Made by a program: the position numbers and the translations under genes. Below, in pieces: positions 24,528 through 32,000 of a DNA stretch of 32,000 nt (positions within the stretch are counted from its first letter, which is position 1; each line of letters begins with the position of its first letter). Source of the stretch: Microcystis aeruginosa NIES-843. Lineage in GTDB: Bacteria > Cyanobacteriota > Cyanobacteriia > Cyanobacteriales > Microcystaceae. A model generated the notes under the pieces. It did no database searches. It was not told the origin of the DNA and was given only the letters and a program-made list of their open reading frames with translations. The DNA lies in the NCBI RefSeq assembly GCF_000010625.1, contig NC_010296.1, positions 5,700,001 through 5,732,000 of the forward strand, given 5' to 3'.

Positions 24528-24605
24528 CACCCCCCTTATCAAGGGGGGCAGGGGGGATCCCCCCGCCTATCAGCACCCCCCTTATCAAGGGGGGCAGGGG
24601 GGATC
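24528..24605 (+). repeat. two direct copies (46-bp period) of a 32-nt unit containing a C6/G6 hairpin
   Basis: CACCCCCCTTATCAAGGGGGGCAGGGGGGATC occurs identically at 24528-24559 and 24574-24605. GGGGGGATCCCCCC at 24551-24564 is also palindromic. Confidence 0.9.
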
Positions 24606-24854
24606 GAACCTAAAATTCATTTTTAATTTAATTATAACCAGCTACTTAAGATTTTAGCTTGGTTGAGAGATTGAACATTTGTACTAAAATTTCCAAGACG
24701 CAGTTTAAATCCCTGACAGCTTATAAACTTTAGCCGCTTAAATCGCACCATTGAGGGGAAATCCCCCTGAACTAGGTACGGTAAGCCCCTAGAAGCCAAC
24801 AAACCGGTCAATCTAGAATAGTCTCAAGGGTATAAAAGTAATCTCTTATAGAAA

Positions 24855-27473
24855 ATGCAGCCAACCAATCCACAACAATTTACAGAAAAAGCTTGGGAGG
24901 CAATCGTCAAAACGCCGGACATTGCCAAACAGAACAGCCAGCAACAAATCGAAAGCGAACATCTAATGAAAGCCCTTCTCGAACAGGAGGGATTAGCGGG
25001 CAGTGTCTTTAGTAAAGCTAATATTAGTCTAGCCCGTTTGCGGGATCGAACCGATGATTTTATCCGTCGTCAACCGAAAATCTCTAACCCCGGCGACTCG
25101 ATTTATTTAGGTCGTAGTTTAGATAGTTTACTCGATCGAGCAGAAAATTATCGCCGAGAATTTGGAGATGACTTTATCTCGATCGAGCATTTGATTTTAG
25201 GTTACGCTAAAGATGATCGCTTCGGTAAAAATATTTTTCAAGAATTCGGACTTACCGAAAACAAACTCAAAGAAATTATTCAACAAGTCAGAGGTAGTCA
25301 AAAAGTGACCGATCAGAATCCAGAAGGCAAATACGAAGCCCTAGAAAAATACGGACGGGATCTCACCCAATTGGCACGGGAAGGTAAATTAGACCCCGTA
25401 ATTGGACGGGATGACGAAATCCGTCGCACCATTCAGATTCTCTCGCGTCGGACTAAAAATAACCCGGTTTTAATCGGGGAACCGGGAGTAGGAAAAACAG
25501 CCATTGTCGAAGGATTAGCCCAGCGGATTATTAACCGTGATGTGCCAGAATCTCTGTTAGATCGGACTCTCATTTCTCTCGATTTAGGTGGCTTAATTGC
25601 GGGAGCAAAATATCGCGGAGAGTTTGAGGAAAGATTAAAAGCTGTCCTCAAAGAAGTCACCGATTCCCAAGGCAATATCATCATGTTTATTGATGAAATT
25701 CATACCGTTGTCGGTGCGGGAGCCACTCAAGGGGCAATGGATGCGGGCAATTTATTAAAACCAATGTTAGCCCGGGGTGAATTGCGTTGTATCGGAGCCA
25801 CTACCCTCGATGAATACCGCAAATATATCGAAAAAGATGCGGCGTTAGAAAGACGTTTTCAAGAGGTTTTAGTAGATGAACCAAATGTGGTCGATACTAT
25901 TTCGATTCTTCGCGGTCTCAAAGAACGTTATGAGGTGCATCATGGGGTGAAAATTGCCGATAATGCTTTAGTGGCAGCGGCACTGCTTTCTAATCGTTAT
26001 ATTAGCGATCGCTTTTTGCCCGATAAGGCCATTGATTTAGTTGATGAAGCGGCGGCCAAATTGAAGATGGAAATCACTTCCAAACCAGAAGAACTCGATG
26101 AAATTGATCGCAAAATTCTCCAGTTAGAAATGGAAAGACTTTCTCTACAAAGGGAATACGATCCAGCTTCGCGAGAACGGTTAGAAAAGTTAGAAAAAGA
26201 ACTGGCTAACCTCAAGGAAGAACAATCGGGATTAAATGCTCAATGGCAAGGGGAAAAAGAGATTATCGATAAAGTTCGTGGGGTTAAAGAAGCGATCGAA
26301 CAAGTTAATCTGGAAATTCAACAGGCCGAACGAGATTATGATTATAATCGTGCTGCGGAATTAAAGTTCGGAAAATTAACCGATCTGCAGCGGCAAATGT
26401 CCGCCCTAGAAACTCAATTGGCCGACAAACAAACCACCGGTAAAAGTTTATTAAGGGAAGAAGTTCTCGAATCGGATATCGCCGAAATTATCTCGAAATG
26501 GACGGGAATTCCTCTCAATAAATTGATCGAATCGGAAAAAGAAAAACTCCTCAATCTGGAAGAGGAATTACACGAAAGTGTCATCGGTCAAGAGGAAGCG
26601 GTCACAGCCGTGGCCGAAGCGATTCAACGTTCCCGCGCCGGTTTATCGGACCCCCACCGTCCCACGGCCAGCTTTATTTTTCTCGGTCCGACGGGTGTTG
26701 GTAAGACAGAATTGGCGAAAGCTTTAGCGCGCAATCTCTTTGACACCGAAGAAGCCCTAGTTCGCATCGATATGTCGGAATACATGGAAAAACACAGCGT
26801 TTCCCGTCTCATGGGCGCGCCTCCGGGATACGTCGGCTACGATGAAGGGGGACAACTAACCGAGGCAATCCGGCGTCGTCCCTACTCTGTCATCCTCTTT
26901 GATGAGATTGAAAAAGCCCATCCCGACGTTTTTAACGTTATGTTACAAATCCTTGACGATGGGCGCTTAACCGACTCTCAAGGTCATCTGGTTGATTTCA
27001 AAAATACCATCATTATTATGACCAGTAATATCGGTTCTCAATACATTTTAGACGTGGCTGGTGATGAGTCTCGTTACGAGGAAATGCAGGCGCGGGTGAT
27101 GGAAGCAATGCGGAATAGTTTCCGTCCCGAATTCCTCAATCGTATCGATGAAACGATCATTTTCCATAGTTTACAAAAAGCGCAACTGCGATCGATTGTC
27201 AAACTACAGGTAGCCAATCTCAGTGATCGCTTGATGGAACAAAAATTAGCCCTGAAACTTGCCGATATTGCCCTCGATTATCTAGCAGAAATTGGTCACG
27301 ATCCAGTGTACGGTGCGCGACCCTTAAAACGGGCAGTACAAAGATATGTGGAAACTCCGATCGCTAAGGCAATTCTGCGCGGCGAATTCAAAGGGGGAGA
27401 CACGATTTTTGTCGATGTGGCCGATGAAAGATTGACCTTTAAACGGTTAGCTTCCCCGGTAGTAACTGCTTAA
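24855..27473 (+). CDS. clpB: ATP-dependent disaggregase ClpB
   Basis: 872 aa with two AAA+ modules (GEPGVGKT and GPTGVGKT Walker A), a long middle coiled coil, and a Clp N-domain. Confidence 0.95.
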   Translation: MQPTNPQQFTEKAWEAIVKTPDIAKQNSQQQIESEHLMKALLEQEGLAGSVFSKANISLARLRDRTDDFIRRQPKISNPGDSIYLGRSLDSLLDRAENYRREFGDDFISIEHLILGYAKDDRFGKNIFQEFGLTENKLKEIIQQVRGSQKVTDQNPEGKYEALEKYGRDLTQLAREGKLDPVIGRDDEIRRTIQILSRRTKNNPVLIGEPGVGKTAIVEGLAQRIINRDVPESLLDRTLISLDLGGLIAGAKYRGEFEERLKAVLKEVTDSQGNIIMFIDEIHTVVGAGATQGAMDAGNLLKPMLARGELRCIGATTLDEYRKYIEKDAALERRFQEVLVDEPNVVDTISILRGLKERYEVHHGVKIADNALVAAALLSNRYISDRFLPDKAIDLVDEAAAKLKMEITSKPEELDEIDRKILQLEMERLSLQREYDPASRERLEKLEKELANLKEEQSGLNAQWQGEKEIIDKVRGVKEAIEQVNLEIQQAERDYDYNRAAELKFGKLTDLQRQMSALETQLADKQTTGKSLLREEVLESDIAEIISKWTGIPLNKLIESEKEKLLNLEEELHESVIGQEEAVTAVAEAIQRSRAGLSDPHRPTASFIFLGPTGVGKTELAKALARNLFDTEEALVRIDMSEYMEKHSVSRLMGAPPGYVGYDEGGQLTEAIRRRPYSVILFDEIEKAHPDVFNVMLQILDDGRLTDSQGHLVDFKNTIIIMTSNIGSQYILDVAGDESRYEEMQARVMEAMRNSFRPEFLNRIDETIIFHSLQKAQLRSIVKLQVANLSDRLMEQKLALKLADIALDYLAEIGHDPVYGARPLKRAVQRYVETPIAKAILRGEFKGGDTIFVDVADERLTFKRLASPVVTA

Positions 27474-27474
27474 T

Positions 27475-27700
27475 TAAGTAGGGTTTGCTGAAAAAGTTTT
27501 TCGGTGGTGGCAGGGTGTGGGGTGTGGGGTGTGGGGTGTGGGGTTTTACTCATTTTCAGGTGGTCAATTACCTAATTTTCAGGAAAAAAGTCCAGGGATT
27601 TTCCCCCCAATCACTCCAAAGTTCGGCACTTTTTGAGGTCAAAAAAGTCTAAAAACCTTATCCAACAAGGTTTTTAGATTTATTCAGCAGACCCTAAGTA
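27475..27700 (+). mobile_element. MITE family A, copy 3 (core 27481-27694, flanked by direct TAAGTA)
   Basis: Same body as 1007-1246. TAAGTA occurs at 27475-27480 and 27695-27700. It starts 2 nt after the clpB stop codon. Confidence 0.8.
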
Positions 27701-27759
27701 AGGGTGGGCCATGCTCACCCTTTGATTATTATAGAAGCAGGGTATTTTTGCTTGAATCT

Positions 27760-28392
27760 ATGACTGTAACACTGCTCGCACCACCGGCTGAAATAATTCA
27801 CCTGTCCGGGATTAGCTGGAAAACCTACGAAACGCTGCTCGCAGAAATGAGCGATCGCCGTCTGCGGCTGACCTACAATCGTGGCAATTTAGAAATGATG
27901 GCTCCTTCGACCGGACACGAATTTAGTAAAACCCTCATCGGTCGCTTTGTCGAAACCCTAGCGGAAGAATCAACAGTCCCGATTTATCCCCTCGGTTCTA
28001 CCACCTTTAAACGCCCTCAATTAAGCGGTGCAGAACCGGATGAATGTTTTTACATTGATAATATTGAGGCGGTTCGGGGGAAAAAGCGACTGGACTTAAA
28101 TGAAGACCCTGCACCGGATTTAGTCATAGAAATTGATGTCACCAGCAGTTCTCAAAATCGCCTTCAGGTTTATGCAGATCTAGGCGTGGCAGAGGTTTGG
28201 GTTTATAATGGGGAATCTCTGGTTATCCAACAATTACAAAATGGCAGTTATATCACCTCCCCAACCAGTCAATTTTTTATAAATATTCCTATTTCAGAGA
28301 TTGCTATATTTTTACAACAAGCTGGCCAGACAGATTACCTAGAGTTAGTAAAAGCATTTCGGAATTGGGTAAGAAGTCAGCTGAAAAAATAA
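27760..28392 (+). CDS. Uma2-family (DUF820) restriction-endonuclease-like protein
   Basis: ISWKTYETLL, RLTYNRGNLEMMAPS, PDLVIEIDVTSSS and YADLGVAEVWVY are typical Uma2 blocks. The ATG at 27760 is preferred to the TTG at 27748. Confidence 0.8.
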   Translation: MTVTLLAPPAEIIHLSGISWKTYETLLAEMSDRRLRLTYNRGNLEMMAPSTGHEFSKTLIGRFVETLAEESTVPIYPLGSTTFKRPQLSGAEPDECFYIDNIEAVRGKKRLDLNEDPAPDLVIEIDVTSSSQNRLQVYADLGVAEVWVYNGESLVIQQLQNGSYITSPTSQFFINIPISEIAIFLQQAGQTDYLELVKAFRNWVRSQLKK

Positions 28393-28493
28393 ATCTGAAC
28401 CGGAGTCTCAAAAATGGAAATTAACAAGTTTTCCTTTTGGGTCGTCGGTCGTCAACACCAAATCAGGTTACACTTCATCGACCCGAAGGTTAA

Positions 28494-28574
28494 TGCGGAT
28501 GGAGGGACTCGAACCCACACATCAAAGACACTAGAACCTAAATCTAGCGCGTCTACCAATTCCGCCACATCCGC
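28494..28574 (-). tRNA. tRNA-Leu (anticodon UAG), long variable arm
   Basis: In the reverse complement the acceptor is GCGGATG/CATCCGC. The anticodon stem is CTAGA/TCTAG with loop TTTAGGT (anticodon TAG). There is a long variable arm, and the T arm is GTGGG-TTCGAGT-CCCTC. No CCA is encoded. Confidence 0.9.
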
Positions 28575-28647
28575 AAATATGTCACCGTATTTCATCATAG
28601 CATAAGATACTATAGGAAAGATAAAATTTTTTATTCTTAATAATTTT

Positions 28648-29499
28648 ATGCTCTTAGGTTTTGTCTTTCAGTCCCCCGGCCCGATCCTCTGGGAGATCGG
28701 ACCGATTTCGGTGCGCTGGTATGGATTCCTCATCGCTATGGCGGTATTATTGGGTGTCACCCTCTCCCAGTACCTCGCCCAAAAAAGAGCGATCGATCCG
28801 GATTTAATCGCTGATTTGACCATTTGGTTAGTACTGGGGGCCATACCTGCAGCCCGTCTGTACTATGTTCTCTTTCAGTGGCAAGAATACGCGCAAAATC
28901 CTGCTGATATTATCGCCATTTGGAAGGGAGGTATCGCTATTCACGGGGCAATTATCGGGGGTTTGCTGGCGTCCCTAATTTTTGCCCGCATTAATCGGGT
29001 TTCTCTTTGGCAATTACTCGATCTGGTGGCCCCTTCAGTTATTCTCGGTCAAGCGATCGGACGTTGGGGTAACTTTTTTAATTCGGAAGCTTTTGGCAGT
29101 CCGACTAATTTACCTTGGAAGTTGTTTATTCCTCCGGCTAGTCGTCCTTTAGAATACATCGCCGTCGATTATTTTCATCCCACCTTTCTCTACGAATCTC
29201 TCTGGAATCTGGCAGTTTTTGCCCTACTTATCTATCTATTTTTCTGGGGTTTAAAACACCCTAGTAAATTAAAAATTGGCACCCTTACCCTAGTCTATTT
29301 TATCGCCTACAGTCTAGGTAGATTCTGGATCGAGGGGCTACGCACCGATAGTTTAATGTTTGGGCCTCTAAAAATGGCGCAAATAATTAGTTTAGGAGCG
29401 ATCGCTATCGGTATTTTCGGTTTATTCTGGTTATATAAACTGCAGCGTCCTTTACCGGATGTGGTGGCGACCGTCAGTTATAATCAAAAGTTACCCTAG
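28648..29499 (+). CDS. lgt: prolipoprotein diacylglyceryl transferase
   Basis: 283 aa, polytopic. [33 protein letters not shown] and [13 protein letters not shown] are Lgt signatures. Confidence 0.9.
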   Translation: MLLGFVFQSPGPILWEIGPISVRWYGFLIAMAVLLGVTLSQYLAQKRAIDPDLIADLTIWLVLGAIPAARLYYVLFQWQEYAQNPADIIAIWKGGIAIHGAIIGGLLASLIFARINRVSLWQLLDLVAPSVILGQAIGRWGNFFNSEAFGSPTNLPWKLFIPPASRPLEYIAVDYFHPTFLYESLWNLAVFALLIYLFFWGLKHPSKLKIGTLTLVYFIAYSLGRFWIEGLRTDSLMFGPLKMAQIISLGAIAIGIFGLFWLYKLQRPLPDVVATVSYNQKLP

Positions 29500-29511
29500 C
29501 TAACCCTGACA

Positions 29512-30462
29512 ATGGATCTAGTAACGATTTTTCAACAGGTTTTAAACGGTTTATCGATCGGTAGTGTCTATGCTATTTTTGCCCTCGGTTACACTTTGAT
29601 TTTTTCCATTTTAGGGATTATCAATTTTGCCCATGGCGCAATTTTTACCCTCGGTGCCTATTTTACCTACGCTCTAGCGGGGGGAGTTTTCGGTTTTAAT
29701 GGTTTATTGGCTAATGCCAAATTACCCTTTTCCTTACCCTTTTTTTTGGCACTCTTGCTAGGCTGTATCCTTTCAGGTTTCACCTCGGTTCTTCTGGAAA
29801 GATTGGCCTTTAAACCCCTCCGGGTACGGGGTTCCGATTCTCTCTTAACTCTGGTTTCTAGCCTAGGGGCAGCCGTGGTGATTGTCAATGTCATTCAATA
29901 CTTATTCGGGGCAGAAATTTATACTTTTCCCGATGGTATTTATGGCAATCTTCCCCCCGCAATTAATTTCGGTACAGCTGATCGCCCCGTGGCAATTCGC
30001 ACAATTCAGATTATTATTTTTCTGGTTTCAGCAGTTATGGTAGCTTTACTAACTTATTGGGTTAATTTCACCAAAATGGGCAAAGCTTTACAAGCGGTAG
30101 CTGAAGATGTCACCACGGCCAGTTTGTTGGGAATCAATCCCGAAAAATTTATTGTGATTACCTTTTTTATCAGTGGTGCCTTGGCAGGTTTAGCAGGAAC
30201 TTTAGTCGGTTCTAGTGTTAGTATTGCTGGACCCTATTTCGGCATTGCTTTCGGATTAAAAGGTTTAGGAGTGATCGTTTTAGGGGGATTGGGAAGTATC
30301 CCCGGAGCGGTCATCGGTGGTTTATTATTGGGTATTGCAGAAGCTTTTGTTCCCGCAGAATATTCTGGTTATCGAGAGGCGATCGCTTTTGCTATTCTCT
30401 TTATTATGTTGTTAGTTCGTCCCCAGGGTTTACTAGGCAGAAAGTTAATTCAAAAAGTCTAA
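29512..30462 (+). CDS. branched-chain/neutral amino-acid ABC transporter permease (LivH family)
   Basis: 316-aa polytopic ORF beginning QQVLNGLSIGSVYAIFALGYTLIFSILGIINFAHGA, the typical LivH/NatD-type N-terminus. Confidence 0.85.
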   Translation: MDLVTIFQQVLNGLSIGSVYAIFALGYTLIFSILGIINFAHGAIFTLGAYFTYALAGGVFGFNGLLANAKLPFSLPFFLALLLGCILSGFTSVLLERLAFKPLRVRGSDSLLTLVSSLGAAVVIVNVIQYLFGAEIYTFPDGIYGNLPPAINFGTADRPVAIRTIQIIIFLVSAVMVALLTYWVNFTKMGKALQAVAEDVTTASLLGINPEKFIVITFFISGALAGLAGTLVGSSVSIAGPYFGIAFGLKGLGVIVLGGLGSIPGAVIGGLLLGIAEAFVPAEYSGYREAIAFAILFIMLLVRPQGLLGRKLIQKV

Positions 30463-30468
30463 GTCGGT

Positions 30469-31467
30469 TTAATTGTCCGCGAGAAAAACTGTTTTTCCCG
30501 ACAAAGAAGATTGATAGGCAGCATAGGCTACTTCTAGGGCATAAAGACTGGCTTGGGGAGTAACATAAAGAGGAACCCGATCGAACAGATAATCTAGCAC
30601 CATGGCGGTATCTTTGGCAAAAAGACCGCGACGGGTTTCCACTTCTAAAGCTTGGCTACCTTCACTATTAATTAACTGCCCTTTTTCGCCTTCAAAAATT
30701 AAGCTGCCCCCCTCCCCATGAATAGTGAAAGTTCGCTCATTTTGCCAAAAAACTTCGCCTTTACCGTAGGTAACTTCGGCAATTAAGCCATTTTTAAATA
30801 ATAACTGCGCCTCACACAAACAGGCCAGAAAATAATCGGATTCTGGAGCATTCCAATAACGACAATGACAGGATACGGACTCCACTTCCCCAAATAAATT
30901 AGTAAAGCGATGGATACGAGAAAGGGCAGCGATCAAAGGAAAACCGAATAAATCCCGATGAAATGTCCAGCGCCGGAGTGCTGGTCTGCCAGGGACGATC
31001 GTGGTATAACGGGCTAGGTGGATATTGCCGAGGCTGGCTAAATACTGCTGTTGGGTTTGATGCAGTCCCCCCAAAAGTTCAATATGTTCGACGTGCAGTA
31101 ATTTGTTCTCGGTTTCGGCTAAGGTGATTAATTCTGCCGCCGCTGCTGGGTGAAAAGCCAGGGGATACTCGACGATAACGTGCTTACCGGATTTTAAGGC
31201 AGTACGGGCGATCGAGGCATGGGCTTGATTAACGTTGGCAATGACAATCAGATCGAGATCGGGATGGCTGGCCAGGCTTACTGCCGAATCTAGGGCAGAA
31301 ATTTGGTATTTTTGCGAGAAATTAGCGATCGATTCGGCACTATTACCGCTAACATACAAAAGCTGGGCGCGATCATCCGCTTGCAAGCTTTCAGCGCGAC
31401 GTTGAGCGGCGAACCCTGTCCCAACTATACCAATTTTCAGGGGATGATTAGAAGTCATCGGGGGCAT
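30469..31467 (-). CDS. Gfo/Idh/MocA-family oxidoreductase, biliverdin reductase-like
   Basis: It has an N-terminal Rossmann block KIGIVGTGFAAQRRAE. GKHVIVEYPLA and LLHVEHIELLGG resemble the biliverdin reductase A family (from memory). The family call is firm; the specific function is tentative. Confidence 0.7.
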   Translation of the reverse strand: MPPMTSNHPLKIGIVGTGFAAQRRAESLQADDRAQLLYVSGNSAESIANFSQKYQISALDSAVSLASHPDLDLIVIANVNQAHASIARTALKSGKHVIVEYPLAFHPAAAAELITLAETENKLLHVEHIELLGGLHQTQQQYLASLGNIHLARYTTIVPGRPALRRWTFHRDLFGFPLIAALSRIHRFTNLFGEVESVSCHCRYWNAPESDYFLACLCEAQLLFKNGLIAEVTYGKGEVFWQNERTFTIHGEGGSLIFEGEKGQLINSEGSQALEVETRRGLFAKDTAMVLDYLFDRVPLYVTPQASLYALEVAYAAYQSSLSGKTVFLADN

Positions 31468-31487
31468 TCTGGCGACATTAATTATCG

Positions 31488-31536
31488 GGAAGTGGGGTGC
31501 GGGGTGTGGGGTGCGGGGAGATAGGGAGATAGGGGA
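31488..31536 (+). repeat. degenerate GGGGTGY heptamers followed by (GAGATAGG)2
   Basis: GGGAAGTGGGGTGCGGGGTGTGGGGTGCGGGGAGATAGGGAGATAGGGG. A C-run tract (ACCCCAAAACCCTAAAACCCCAAC) follows at about 31549-31572. Confidence 0.85.
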
Positions 31537-31739
31537 ATTTCAACTAATACCCCAAAACCCTAAAACCCCAACTCTCAACTCCTGAATACTTTCTACAGCA
31601 ATTCTGCCTTTCCTAGCTTTATCTTGGCAATTAACTGCTCTATTATCTCAAAAATAGCACTCTAAAAGATGTGGGAGGGTGAATTCATATTTTTAATGGA
31701 CAACGCCAATTTTTTGCTCCTGTTTAGGCCCCGGATCTT

Positions 31740-32000
31740 CTAAACTGCCGTCGGTTGTCGGGGAGCATGACGACGAGGGGAAACCACCACGGGAGTGGGC
31801 GACACCGTACAGGTTAATTCTAGAGACTGTTCTAAACTAACCACCCGATTGAGTTGTTGCCATTCAGTACTAAAAGGAGGCATCGCTAGAGCGCAGGCTT
31901 TCCAATGAGCTTCGACGGGAACATCTAGTTGTTGACAAGTGCCACCGCGCCGACCTTGGGTTTGATAGTATCGGCAGTATCGACAGGAAGAGGTAAGAAA
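31740..32000 (-). CDS. C-terminal part of a Cys-containing hypothetical protein (5' end outside the window)
   Basis: The reverse frame is open from base 32000 to TAG (complement of 31740-31742). It reads FLTSSCRYCRYYQTQGRRGGTCQQLDVPVEAHWKACALAMPPFSTEWQQLNRVVSLEQSLELTCTVSPTPVVVSPRRHAPRQPTAV. It is absent from the ORF track, presumably because it has no start in the window. Confidence 0.4.
   Translation of the reverse strand, partial: FLTSSCRYCRYYQTQGRRGGTCQQLDVPVEAHWKACALAMPPFSTEWQQLNRVVSLEQSLELTCTVSPTPVVVSPRRHAPRQPTAV

Noticed and set aside
28414-28605. 63-aa ORF on the + strand.
   Set aside because: It runs straight through the tRNA-Leu(UAG) gene (28494-28574, minus strand). The tRNA fold is far better supported.

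Overview
The window looks like a cyanobacterial chromosome segment. The palindrome GCGATCGC (HIP1) is very frequent. Intergenic spacers are full of heptamer tandem repeats: GGGGTGT, GGTCGTC and ATCAGTN. Small inverted-repeat elements are common. This style resembles Microcystis-type genomes, but that is an inference, not a search result.

The backbone is housekeeping:
- moaC and a large BchH/CobN-family chelatase subunit
- a flavodiiron protein
- hypF, plus hypD and hypC at a separate site
- an IMPase/HisN-like phosphatase and rpe
- an ndhS-like gene and a small HNH protein
- a single-chain transketolase-like enzyme and clpB
- lgt, a LivH-type permease and a biliverdin-reductase-like oxidoreductase
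- tRNA-Arg(ACG) and tRNA-Leu(UAG)

Small accessory pieces are scattered between these genes:
- the 3' end of an IS630-like transposase at the left edge
- three copies of a roughly 230-bp MITE carrying a G-quadruplex-type (GGGGTGT)n tract, each sitting just after stop codons
- a second MITE family with 18-bp perfect terminal repeats
- two classical toxin-antitoxin pairs (UPF0175/PIN-like and RelE-like)
- a Uma2-type nuclease

The two loci most worth a second look are these:
1. 4981-6996. A near-identical copy of the last ~283 nt of the flavodiiron gene is fused to what reads as the domain V/VI 3' end of an ORF-less or truncated group II intron. A TA pair follows, then the intact flavodiiron gene.
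2. 17620-18553. A translationally coupled pair (an antitoxin-like 86-aa protein plus a retropepsin-like DTG aspartyl protease) is bracketed by ~50-bp direct repeats, inside an ORF-poor islet between rpe and ndhS.

I found no rRNA, no CRISPR array and no large multi-gene defence or biosynthetic cluster. All family assignments come from reading the translations from memory. Nothing was searched.
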